From: Amoebophrya sp. A120
Lineage: Eukaryota > Protista > Dinoflagellata
Length of the DNA: 64,000 nucleotides
Assembly (NCBI GenBank): GCA_905178155.1
Contig: CAJINV010000006.1
Span: 2,088,230-2,152,229 of the forward strand
Direction of reading: 5' to 3'
The position numbers were made by a program, and so were the translations under genes. Positions within the stretch are counted from its first letter, which is position 1, and each line of letters starts with the position of its first letter. The notes under the pieces are model-generated. The model saw nothing but the letters and a program-made list of their open reading frames with translations. It did not search any database and was not told the origin of the DNA. Shown one piece after another: positions 1-11,731 of the stretch.

Positions 1-235
1 TGCTGCACCTCATGGAAAATCATACCCTAGTTCCAGTACTAGTGTTCCTCCGCGCCAGGGTCAGAGCGGCCCACAGGGTGAACGACGCGAGCTGCGTGAA
101 GTAGATGTAGATCACGGCCGCCGGAGGTCGTCGTGCGCGGCCAGTTTACATTCTGATCCTGGGCCCAGGACGTCGAGGTCGACCTCCGCCTGGAGTTGTG
201 AAATAAGTGAGCCACCAGTTGCTGACGGCAGCATC

Positions 236-3200
236 TTGCCGGCGCGACAGGAAGAACCACGACCGAGCGACAGCAGCAGCAGCAGAAAGATAACCCCCAC
301 CGTAGATGAAGAAATACAAGTAGAGGCCAGTACCACCACCACGTCAACAATCCCGGTCCGAAATTCTCTGACCGGGGAGACAATTCTGGATTTTCCCAAG
401 CAAAAACTACCTGCCCCGCCCGTCTTTCCGTCTCAACATCTCGGTGCCGCCGTCCTTGCCTCGTCCTCGACCTGCTCTGCAGCAGTAGAGGCTTCTGCTT
501 CTCCTTCTCCGCCGGCTGGAAATAAATTTATTGGCTCTTGCTCTTCGTTGAATTTTTTATTACGAACCGAGTTTTATACCGACGAAAGGGAAAAACAAGG
601 AGCTACACGACGAGTCGGAGAAATAAGCAACAGACAGTGCAGTAGCACTGCACAAACTTCTACGGTTCAAGACTTGATCAACAGTGTTCGGGACCTGAAA
701 TCCATTGCTGCCTCGAGTGGCAAGGAGGTAAAGATTTCAGCGACGTACGAAAGTGGAGGTCCTGCTGCACCACCGCAAAAATCGCCCCCATTAGGTCGTC
801 CCAGCTTCCTGGACCCCCGAGAAAAGGTGGATTTCACCGGAAAAACCAACTACTTCGCAACCATCCTTCCCCAGACCCTGCTTGCGTCACACTTCCAAGA
901 GCTGGCGAATGACGCTTTAGTTGAGGACGCGGACTGCTTCTGGAAGAAGTTTTTCGGCGATGATGATGATGATATTGCAACAGGTAAAAATGTTGTTGCG
1001 GACGAAGATCTTCGTACAAAAACAAAACCAGCACCGGGGAGGTCGTCCTCACAAGGTCCACAACTTGATGCCGGTCTCGGTGGTCCTGCACCTGCTTTTG
1101 TCTCCCCTGCGGAAGTCGAATTCCACAGACAGCACGTGCTTTCCGCACTTCTTGATGAAGGTGCAAATGCGGACGTCGACGAAGCGCAATTGCTCCCACG
1201 AGGACGACACGCGATCACGACGGGGCAGCTGTTGCAGCGATTCATTCAGACGCAAAACTTGATTCTATCAAGTGTAAAAATGTCTGGGTCTGGAAGAATG
1301 CAACCTGTCATGCTAAATCTGAAGCATGCAAAAATCTGTGTTGCATGATTACCAAAAGTCGTCCTGTTTTGACCAAGTCGAGAGGGAGTTTCTCATGCAG
1401 GATAGGCATGAGAAAGATCGCACAGAATCTGTCATGCTAGGTCCTGCATTCCAGACCTTATGGGTCATGGAAAAGCTGCATGACAAGTCGCGCATTCTTC
1501 CAGACCCAGACATTTTTACATTTGATAGATTCCAGATGAAGACGAAAGGGCAGCAGTGAAAACCGCTTTGGAAACAGATACCGGGGTGTTCCACAAAACT
1601 GCTCAACTACAGGACGTGTGCAATATTAAAAGTGATGGCTCACCCTGGTCCCACCTTCAAGATACTACCGGCGCCACGCTGGAAATCTTTGCTAAAGATG
1701 CGTCCTCCGCGAAAATAAAACCGAGCGCAGATGACGAGATTTTTCAATCTGCGATTTGGTCCGAGACCTTACGGCAAGGTGGGGATAGGTACAAAGACTT
1801 GTTGTACTACAATTCTGGTGGTGAAAACAAGATGAAACGGAAGTACCAGCGCGACGCAGAAGACAGTCCTCTCATCCCGCCCACTTTTCTCAACCAACTC
1901 GCGAAATTGTTGCAGCAGGAAATTTTCGACGCTCCTGCTGTCCCGGAGTTTTCCGTGCCGATCTTGCATCAGATACTGGGTGGAGATGATGATGAAGGGT
2001 TGCTGAATTATGTTGGTTTCGAGGATAGTACGACGAGGCCCGCCAACGCTGGTGCTGGACCAGCAGCAGACGCAGGGGGATCTTTCATCCGGAGCAGGCC
2101 GCCAACAGTCAAATGGCGGGTGAAAGAGATGGAGATTCATTCCAACACTGGATTGAATGACATGGAAATGGGCGAGAATGGTAAGATTTCGGCCCGCACA
2201 AACAGGTACAGGACGGACCCGCCAATCACCGTTGAGGATTTCGTATCCTGTGCAAAAGTATCGTACTAGTAGAAACCAGCCATGCTCCGGCTGCCGCCGG
2301 AGCGCAAGGCTGTTGGGCCGGGGCAAGACTGTTTGCCGATCGGACCACAACCCCGCGGGCCTATGCACAACGAAACATATTGCGCCTCGCCAACCCGCAG
2401 GACCACTTGCGCGCTTCCCGCGCCTGTGGGCGCTCTGCGCAGGGAGCAGCTGCAAAGAACACCGGGGGCGAACAGAAGCCGCCCGGCGGGAGAGGGTAGC
2501 GCGAGAGGGTGGCGCGAGAGGGTGCGCGAGAGGGTGGCGCGAGAGGGTGGCGCGAGAGGGTGCGCGAGAGGGTGGCGCGGAAAGGCGCCGAACAAAACAG
2601 CTCCGCGAATGGCCTGCAGTGCCAAATATGGGTAGTGCCATGCGGATTCGCGCCCGCTTCTTTGTGTTTTACCCTCTCGCAGACCTCTCGCAGACCCTCT
2701 TTTTGGCCTCTTTTGGGGGTCCCCGCTAATAATCCGGCTATACTCGCGGGTAGAGGTCGACAGAGGTGGCCGAGAGGTGGCCAAGAGGGTCCGCGAGAGG
2801 TCGCCCCTTATTCGCGCCACCTCTCGCCACCTCTGTCGACCTCTCGCGCCCCCTCTTTTTGACCTCTCTGCACCCTCTGTGCCACTTAGGCGGCGCCTAA
2901 GGGTGGGCCCTTACTGTGGGCCTCATTCGCGCACCCTCTCGCGGACCCTCTCGAACGGGGTCCCGCGCCACCTCTCCACCTCTGTCGACCTCTTTTCTAC
3001 CTCTGTCGACCTCTTTTTTACCTCTCGGCCACCTCTCTGGGACCCTCTGTCTACCTCTTTTTTCGCATTAATATAATGTATAAGTAATCGCAATACAAAT
3101 TTCCTTAGCATTAAAAATAAAGTTTGTAATGCGGATTTGCCTTACGAAAAAAAATTGTAATGCATGACTGCGATGAGTACGAGTAGTACGATACTTTTGC

Positions 3201-5110
3201 ACAGGATATTTCGACTATGAATTCCGCCGCAGACTGTTCGACAAACAGATGTGGGACTTTGTATGCATTGCAAAAATGTCTGGGGCTGCTGGAAGGTAGT
3301 AGCAACTTGTGATGCGGATTGTGGAACGAACAATAACAAAAATCTGCGTTGCGTTGTCACCAAAAGACGTCAGATTTTTGTGTCCACGATCGGATTGTAT
3401 TTCTCATGCAGACTAGGCATCATGGAGAGACCTTCGCAGAATTTGTCATGCTTCGCATGCATTCCAGACCTTCTTTATTCAGATGCAAAAACTGCATGAA
3501 GAAAATTCTCCAGTCCCTCTCCTCGTCGAGACCCAGATCGATGATTTGCCATGCATACTTCGCCCTGAACGACAACAGCCTAGACACCCGCGTGATTCGC
3601 ATTTTTGGCCCCTATAGCGAGGACGTCGAGACCCAACTGCGCGGGCCGCGAGTCCGCAGTGACAAAGTCTACGTCTCGGTTGCTTACACGACCAAAATAT
3701 CAAGTGCAAAAATGTCTGGGTCTGGAAGAATGCATGTTTGTCATGCTTGTCTGGCATGACTCTTAAATCTGTCATGCACGTTACCCAAGAGCTCCATTTT
3801 TCTGTGATGCAGGAACGCAGTTTGTCATGCAGAATAGGCAACACCTAGAAGCTCAGAAACTTGTCATGCTGAGCCAGCATTTGTGGCCTCATCATGAGAC
3901 GCCACCCAGCATCACAAGTTTCCAGACCCAGACACTTTTACACTTGATACAAATTTGACGTGGAGAGGCTGCGAGACCACCCAGAATACGACTACTCGCA
4001 CCATTTTAATTTCAAATCAGACCTGCGCCCGCCGGTGAGTCATCGGTGGAGCGGGCAGACGCTGATTTTCACCTACCGTTTCGATTTCAAGCACCACCGT
4101 GGCCGGAGCGAAGCGATAGCGCGTCGGCAGCAGATACCGGAATGGGTGCGCGGAGCTGAGTATCAACTGCAAATATGTCTGGGTCTGGAAGAATGCCTGA
4201 CTTGTCATGCAGGTTTTCCATGACCCATGAGGTCTGGTATGTAGGACATAGCATGACAGATTTTGTGATAGTTCTATGATGCCTATTCTGCAAGAGAAAC
4301 TGCATCTCGATTAGGTCACAAGTGGACACCAGCTTTTGGTAATCATGCAATACAGATTTTTACATGATTCAGATTTAGCATGACAAGTTCCAACCTACTT
4401 CGAGAGCCAGACATATTTGCAATGCATACCGAACAAGTGCAGGCGGACGATGCAGAGTCGGAACGAGAGCGAAAAAATCAGGCGCTACGAAATGCAAATA
4501 TGTCTCGGTTTCCTGGAAGGATGTTGCAAGGTTTGTCATGCTTGTCTGGCATGAGTAAAGAGTTTGTCGTGCGTGTCCAAGAAAAGACGCTGTTGCTCGT
4601 TATGCAAAAACGCAGTTTGTCATGCGAGAACCGCAATAACAAAGCCTCGCAAATACTTCTCATGCTTGGCGGTGCATTACAGAGCATTCGCTATAATTCG
4701 CAGCCCAGCATTACAAGGTTCCAGACGACCCAGACATATTTGCATTTGATAGGAGTTCTACCAAAACAAACTTCTCCCGCGAATCTCCGGCTTCCAACTT
4801 GACGCCTTCCCGTCACGGTACGACTTTTATTCCGTCGACCGGCTTACGGGGAAGAGCGAAATCCAGTCTATCACAAGAAAAAGCGTTAACATTAACGGTT
4901 TTCACAGATTACAGTCATGCATCACAAACGTAGCCCAACATGCATGCTATGCATGACAAATTCTGGCACGTCTTGTGATGCATTTCTGCATCACAAATTG
5001 CGTTAACGTTAACACTTTTTCCTGTGATACAGTCGGGGAAAATGCAACGGTTGCGTCTCTGGTTGGAAAATGGGCCGGAGGATCAGGACGCGAGCCCAGG
5101 GTTTGACTAA
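236..5110 (+). CDS. Hypothetical protein split by 7 introners; start uncertain
   Basis: Removing each element plus one 5-bp repeat joins ORFs 236, 1556, 3349 and 3960 in frame (e.g. NLI|PDEDERAAVKTALE; VEDF|DYEFRRRLF) through to TAA at 5108-5110. No ATG located in frame. Confidence 0.7.
1266..1527. mobile_element. Introner family A
   Basis: TIR tatcaa.tgtaaaaatgtctgggtctggaagaatgc; DR gattc/gattc. Confidence 0.92.
2244..3208. mobile_element. Introner family B carrying Helitron-like insert
   Basis: TIR tatcctgtgcaaaagtatcgtact; DR tttcg/tttcg. Confidence 0.9.
2276..3087 (-). mobile_element. Helitron-like non-autonomous element, copy 1, nested in a family B introner
   Basis: On - strand starts ttacttatacatt, ends hairpin+atggctgg; host site gcga|tttctactagt, no TSD. 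Confidence 0.75.
3262..3557. mobile_element. Introner family A (degenerate)
   Basis: Degenerate TIR; DR ctttg/cttcg. Confidence 0.8.
3698..3949. mobile_element. Introner family A
   Basis: TIR; DR caaaa/caaat. Confidence 0.9.
4161..4428. mobile_element. Introner family A
   Basis: TIR; DR ctgag/ccgaa. Confidence 0.85.
4486..4751. mobile_element. Introner family A
   Basis: Degenerate TIR; DR ggcgc/ggagt. Confidence 0.8.
4869..5029. mobile_element. Introner family C
   Basis: TIR tatcaca.gaaaaag.gttaac.ttaacg; DR cagtc/cagtc. Confidence 0.9.
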
Positions 5111-5879
5111 AGAATACAACTATGTATTGGTGAGTCGAATAGTTGGGAGATTTACAACCCTACCTGATGGACAAAGGAGGTCCTAGTAAAGCTACTTATT
5201 CGCAATTGTATAGCTCCTGCATATTGTTATTTCCTTTTTTTAGCATGGTCATCCATAATGAGATTTTGGTGCAAAAAAAGAAACCCTGCACAACTTCTTC
5301 CCACAATATTTTGCGAAAAGATTTATAATTGCGCCAAAAATTTTGTGCTCATTTTGGTGTTTACCAGTACCGCAACATTCTCTGGCCCCGCATGCAGATA
5401 TGACTCTTTGTCATCCTTTGCAGGCATGTGCCCCACCATCAATCCATATATTAGAATTTCTCTGTTCAAAATAGAGGAAGACGAAGGGCAACTTTGTTTT
5501 CCCCAGAAGTACCCATGTACGGAATCTTCGAGAGACGTCCTTTTTTTGTAAACAACAACAAAGCGAAGGGTGCAACAAGAGGAGATATCCTCTGAGAGAG
5601 TTCTTGTACAAGTCGAGTCAGGAGTGATGTGACGTCTTTATTTTTTTTTTCTTGGTCACATTGAGGAAGTTCAAGTAGATCTTCTTCTTTGATCTTTACT
5701 GATTCTCATCGTCCGAGGGGACCCGTCGCACAGAAGTTCGTTGATCTTTACTCCGCAGCGAAATAAACAGAGACTCGACGATATGCCGAGGGAGCCATGA
5801 GGTGAACAAAAATGCGTGTAGCGGCCCCCGCGACATCAACATCGGCCTCCACACGACCACCACGCCGGGCGGGGGTGCA

Positions 5880-6030
5880 CATGCAGTGCAAAAGTATCGT
5901 ACTCGTATAAATGCATTACGATTACAAATTTCCTCAGCATGAGAAATAAAATTTGTAATGCTGGTTTACCTTGAGAAAAACATTTGTAATGCATGATTGC
6001 AATACGAGTACGATACTTTTGCACAGGATA
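5880..6030. mobile_element. Introner family B (upstream of the tentative ATG)
   Basis: TIR; DR gtgca/gtgca. Confidence 0.9.
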
Positions 6031-6044
6031 GTGCAAATGCAATC

Positions 6045-9000
6045 ATGATCAGCAAGAACATCAGCATGGAGGTTAATATTTCCTCCCTCGAATCCAAGTT
6101 GTTTCTGTTGCGGAAAAAGCTACACAAAGTCCAAGACGAAAAGCGGTGGCAGCTGCAGCTGCGAGACCGGGTGTTCTCATCCTTCGTTCCTGCGAATTAC
6201 GAGTTCAGGCAGGAAAGTCGCAATATGGGGGTGCCAGGATTGAAATCGTCAAAGTTGAAATAGTTTGTGATGCATAAAACATATACCAGTTGGAAGCCCA
6301 ATTTCCAAGCGGCGCATGACAAATTTCGACTTCATCGAAATCCAGATTGTCATGCTGTTTAGCGAAAGAAGACATCCTTTGTCATGCTACTTTAGCAGCT
6401 CTATCCCAAATCCGAAGCAGGCTCACAATCGGCCTCACTTGCAATTCCTGCAAGACAGTCACTTTGTGCCTTGCATTTCATGCATCACAGATTATTTCAA
6501 CTTTGTCGGTTTCAATCCTGACACACCCATACGCAAGTGGCACTGGATAAAAACGCAGGCGGCGGTGCGCATTCAAAAATCCGTCCGGGGATATTTCACG
6601 CGGAAGTACCTGTCCAAAACCATCTACCCGGCTTTTTTCGACGAAAACACAAAATTGCTGAACGAGGCGAAAACAACCCGACTGCTGCCGCAACTACTGG
6701 AGCTCCGAAGGTATCAAATGCATGTACTTATACGTCTGGGTCTGGGTCTAGAATAAGCAACATGTAAACTTCTGATGCGCATCGTAGAGCAGACAGAAAT
6801 CTGTCATGCATGGACCGCAGAAGCTGCTCAGGTCTTGTCCTCACCCAAAGAGGGGACTAGTCATGCGCATTGGGCATTGCGAAACCTGCTCAACAAAACC
6901 TGTGATGCCTGGAATTGCATACCAGACATTCTGTGTCATGCACAAACAGCATAAGAATCTACCTCCAGACCCTGACATACACATTCACATATTTGCATTT
7001 GATAGAAGGCAGTGCCACTCGCTGCTGTACGATCGCGATGAAGAGAAGCGAAACGCCAGTGCGACTTTGATCCAAAAAACCTGGCGGGGCGCCCGCGTCT
7101 ATCGGCGGATTTGGGTTTGGAAGCGGTTTTTCTATACGCATTGCAAAAGCATCGTAGTCGTACTCGTATAAATGCATTACAAATTTATTCCTCAGCATGA
7201 GAAATAAAATTTGTAATGGGGATTTACCTTAGGAAGAAGATTTCTCATGCATATTTGCAATTGTACGATACTTTGGCGGTGCATATTCTACATCAAAAGA
7301 CAACTGGAGCTCGAAGTAGAGGCGGTGACAATTCTGGCAAGTTTTTGGATATCTTCACAGGAAAAACTGGTAACGCTCACAGACTTTGTGATGCGGCAAT
7401 GCATGACAAAACGTGCCCAGTAAATTTGTCATGCATAGCATGCGTACTAGGCTAATTTTGTGATGCATGGCTGCAGTCCGTAAAACGTTAACACTTTTCC
7501 TTGTGATATTCAAGAGGGTACAAGCAGAGATTCCTGTTTCAGCACCAGCTGGAGCTGATTCGTGCGGAAAACGCCGCGATTGTGATCCAGCGGTTTTTAT
7601 GAATTGCAAAAATGTCTGGGTCTGGAAGGTGGCAACTTGTCATGGTAAATCTGAAGCATGCAAAAATCTGTGTTGCATGAGTGCCAAAAGCTGTCCACTT
7701 TTGACCAAGATCGGCATGATAGGTATCTCGCAGAATCTGTCATGCTAGGTCCCGCATTGCAGACGACATGGATCATGGAAAATCTCCTGCGTGACAAGTT
7801 TACACTTTTCCAGACCCAGACATTTTTGAAATTGATAGTTTTGGCGTAGGTGGCTACGCGATCTGCAAATGATCGTCGGGCGTTTTACGATATCCTGTGC
7901 GAAAGTTGTATCGTTCTTGTAGCAAAAATCGCAAGCTTCACGCATTACAACACTGGTTCCAAAGGGTATTCAGCATGACAAATGTCACTTCTCATGCTGA
8001 GCTAATTTATTGTAATGCAAGCACTCATCACTAGCACGATGCAAAACATTTGCAGTGCATATACGACCTTCATGTCCGAGCAGGAGCGCAGCGAGATGAG
8101 CGACCTTTTCGAGAGACAGGACGAATGTGGAGGTGTTGATGATGCCGACCAGCATAATGATTCATCGCGGGGACGGCACTACAACAAGAACAACAACCTC
8201 CACCTCTACGGCTTGTTACTAGAGCAGCATGATGAGCAAGATCATACCTTTTCCTTTGGCGAGGGAGAAGCAAGTGAAAAACACGACCTTCAAGAACCTC
8301 CGGCACTCCACGACCTGCGTGGAGAAAAAATCGGTGTAGGTGTAGGAGGAGCGCCTTCAACATCCTCAGGCGGGGCAAGAACCCGAACCGCAATAACTAC
8401 GCCGACAACGACAACCTCCAAGCGGGGCCGGAGTCGGTTTGGCGCTGTGCGAATGCAGAGTGCGCACTGGAGAGAGAAGAAGGACGAGAGCGAGGAAATA
8501 GTAGAACTTGATGGGCCGCCCGCTCTTGATCTTGAGAAACATAAACACCACGCCAATGACACGACAGCGGCAGATGAACAAGTGAGTGTCTCAGCGGCGA
8601 CCTCTTGCTCGGCTCCCGCTCCGCCCAGCACATCTTCCTCCTCTTCTTCTAAAACAAAACTCTTGGAGCGCGTCCGGACCGCGAAAAGTGTGGTGTTTGA
8701 AGATGAGGGAGAGCGACCAGAAATAAAAAATGGTGGAGCGAACAATTTCTCGGCGCACAGCTGCACTACGGCTACAACAACTTCCTCCAACGCAATGAAG
8801 TCCTCTTCCTCCACGCCAAGGGCAACAGCCATCCAAGGCAAAAACGCTGCTGGCAAGAATCACGACACAAGAACTACGACCGCTATACAACAACGGACAA
8901 CTACTACTCGTGGTGTACCTGCCGCGAAGATGGCATCAGGTGTTGAAGCTGTAACTTTAAAGACGGCACCAGATTCAAAAACTAGCGGTACAACAACCTC

Positions 9001-9742
9001 CAGTACTAGTAGCAGGAGAACAAATACAACTTCGCAAACGAGAAAATCGAAGAACCAGCATGCTTGTGCTTCAACAAGGATGAGGACGAAAGAAGGAGAC
9101 AACAATCAAACTGCAGGCGTTCCCGGAGGTCCTGCTGGCGCGGTACCAGCGCCCTCCTCGTCTTCGACCCGACCAGGTGTAGTCGGTTCTGCTACGGGCG
9201 GCGGGGGCAAAAAGTTGAAGAAAAAGACCACGCGGACGAGGATTGATTTGGACGCCGCGAGGACTACAAGCACGCTGGACAGTGAAGACGTCGTTGTCCT
9301 CGGAACTAGTAGTACAACGGAGAAGAAAGGTGCAGTTGGAGGAGCAGGACAGCAACGTCAAGAACGGAACAGTGACATGAACCAGGTCAAAGTCTCCAGC
9401 AGCTCCGCCAGTGTCGAGGCCCTGGTGCAAGACGAGAAGGAAGGTGACACACCGCAAAGCCAAAATGATAGGACGAAAGCAGCAGTTGTTGTGGTAGAGG
9501 CAGCTGAAAGCAATGGTGTGGACGTCGATTGCCCAGGACCACCTGCTTCAACAGAAGAAGATGAAGCTCCTCAATTTGTCCACCCGATGCTGGATATAGA
9601 TTTGGATACCATTCAACATCTGGAAAGTAGAGGTGATCGTGATGGTTCCGCGCACCCCGGGAGGTCCTCTGCACTCGACCTGTTTCTCGACGTAAAGCAG
9701 TATTCGCCGCTGTTGAATACGAAGGACGTGTTTTCTCCATAG
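6045..9742 (+). CDS. IQ calmodulin-binding motif protein with long S/T-rich low-complexity C-terminus
   Basis: Spliced frame gives AAVRIQKSVRGYFTRK, SATLIQKTWRGARVYRR, AVTILASFWRGYKQR and AAIVIQRFWRRWLR, then joins ORF 8015..9742. 6 introners in the CDS; start ATG tentative. Confidence 0.8.
6224..6531. mobile_element. Introner family D
   Basis: TIR tatggg.gtg.caggattgaaa.cg.caaagttgaaata; DR cgcaa/cgcaa. Confidence 0.92.
6712..7004. mobile_element. Introner family A
   Basis: TIR; DR gaagg/gaagg. Confidence 0.88.
7135..7285. mobile_element. Introner family B
   Basis: TIR; DR ttcta/ttcta. Confidence 0.88.
7350..7508. mobile_element. Introner family C
   Basis: Degenerate TIR; DR ttgga/ttcaa; frame restored. 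Confidence 0.78.
7598..7837. mobile_element. Introner family A
   Basis: TIR; DR gtttt/gtttt. Confidence 0.9.
7891..8061. mobile_element. Introner family B
   Basis: TIR; DR tacga/tacga. Confidence 0.88.
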
Positions 9743-11731
9743 GAATAGGAATTCCATAGGTATGAATTAAGTAAGTAGAGTACACGAATTTGAGTTCTGA
9801 TTTCCCCTGCTGTCGTCCCTCATTTGCAATGCAAAATTGCAACTTAAAGCTCTTCCTCCAACAGTCCGAAGCCTTCATTGGCTTGGTTGAGTTGACACTC
9901 AAACTGGGGCATCGAAGTAAGTTGTAACAGTAGAATGAAGCTGTACGCAGTGATGAAGTTGTTGACGTCGGTGCCAGCAGTAGTGATGACGTCGGTGCTT
10001 TCGTATTTTGATGCACTAGTGACCAGCACCTTGTTCTAGATGCCTTTCCTCCTTCATGGGAAAAGAGATCGCAGATGTGAGGAGAAGCTCCGCTGATGAT
10101 GAGATCGGTGGTCCTGGTCCCGCTCGGTGAAGTGTCTAAAGAGATTCGGTGTAATGTTTCTGCAGAACGTATGACGATGACGGCCACGAAGAAGGACTAC
10201 ATACCAAAATGAAGAATGTGAATTAGAATGCGAAGCATATTCATCTAGACACCTATTTATTCGCGACCTCAGCGATCGCAAATTGCGGTCGCAATAATTC
10301 GCGACACCTATTGCGATTCGCAATATATAAAGATTTCGGTCGTCATAAAAGTCAATGTCGAGAATCCTCTTCCTCGTATCAGGAGGCAACGAGTCTGCTC
10401 AAGGGACGATTTTGCATAAATCTAAATCACGTAGCGCCCCTGACAAATTGGAGAATTGCGATTGACGAGTCATTGTCATTTTTTTTTTTTGAAGCAAGCA
10501 GACAAATTTTAAGCAAGCACCAGTCTACAGATCATATTACCATTTTTAATTGTACCTCGAAAGTATGGTGAAGTTTGGGGTGTTGACTGCAGTTTTGATG
10601 CTTTGCGCGCAGGCTGCAGACGTTGAACAAGAAAAACAAACGTCGGCTCTCCTAAACGACCGCACCGACAGACGGCTGGGGCCAGAGCGACAGTCCCGCC
10701 CGGATTGGCTTCCAACTTTCGACCTTTTTTGAGCTTCTTTTCTGAGGAGTTAGCTAGTTCACAAATAAAAACTTTAGACCCTAAACCCTAAACCTTTTAG
10801 CTAAACGTGCCAGCACTTTATCAAATTACAACTCATGAAGATGATGATGAAGTCGTGTGTTCTTCCTAGCTACGACGATGATGAAGCAGTGCGGTCTTCA
10901 GGCTTTCGGCAGGGTCGGATCCGCAGCCTGACGTCGGGATTCCGGCAACCCTGAGACCCTTTTTTTTTGGATCCTGAACAGCTGTTTTTTTCGACCCTTA
11001 AAAATTTGAATATATCGGTAGCGGTAGTAGTTGCACTTTCGATACCTGAGCTGTATATGATCATATCATGTGAGCAATACTTTCTAGCTGTATATTTGAA
11101 TTTTGTAGTTTCGCGCCCCCCACGAGATGCGCGAAAAAATGAGATGACAGGCGTCCTGCCTCGTGTGGACTGTTTTTTTTACCCCGGCCGCCTCGACGGG
11201 GCCAGCGCGAGCGTGCGCACGGAAAGACAGGGGCGATCTCATTGACCGAATAAGTGGAGATGTGCAAGATGAAGATAAAAAAGAAAAAAAAAGCCGGGAA
11301 CTACTGGTGCCGAAATCGTTTGGCGACGGCTGGAAGGACCATGTGTTCAGCTTCAGGCACTTGGGTTTCTTGCTAAAATCTATGATAGCCCTGAGCGACG
11401 GTTATTTGTTTTCATGACCATAACCGCGATCCGGTCCTATTGAAAAATAACTACGAGGGAGAGATTGTTCTTGTTATGTTGAGCGAGAAGCGAGACGACG
11501 ATGAGTCGGAATGTCCCACCTCTTTCCTTCTATCTTTCCGTGGCTCTGTGACTGAGTTGGGTCTTCTTGTTGGTTTGATTTCTTCGGCCTGGAGATCATC
11601 TTCTGCACAAAAAGTGATAGCTGATGTAGTTCTTCGGCCAATACTTATTTTGACAGGCACACACAGAGCGCTGCGTTGCCTTCGGGAATAATATCGATCC
11701 TCGAAAACCAAAAAAACACTCAAATCCGAAG

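Noticed and set aside
1769-3111. Long ORFs overlapping the GC-rich nested element (also 35898-36786, 48444-49202)
   Set aside because: They arise from GC-rich tandem gcgagagggtg(g)c repeats, are not conserved in frame among copies and lack HUH or helicase motifs.
10779-10794. ccctaaaccctaaacc telomere-like sequence
   Set aside because: Only two units; may be chance.
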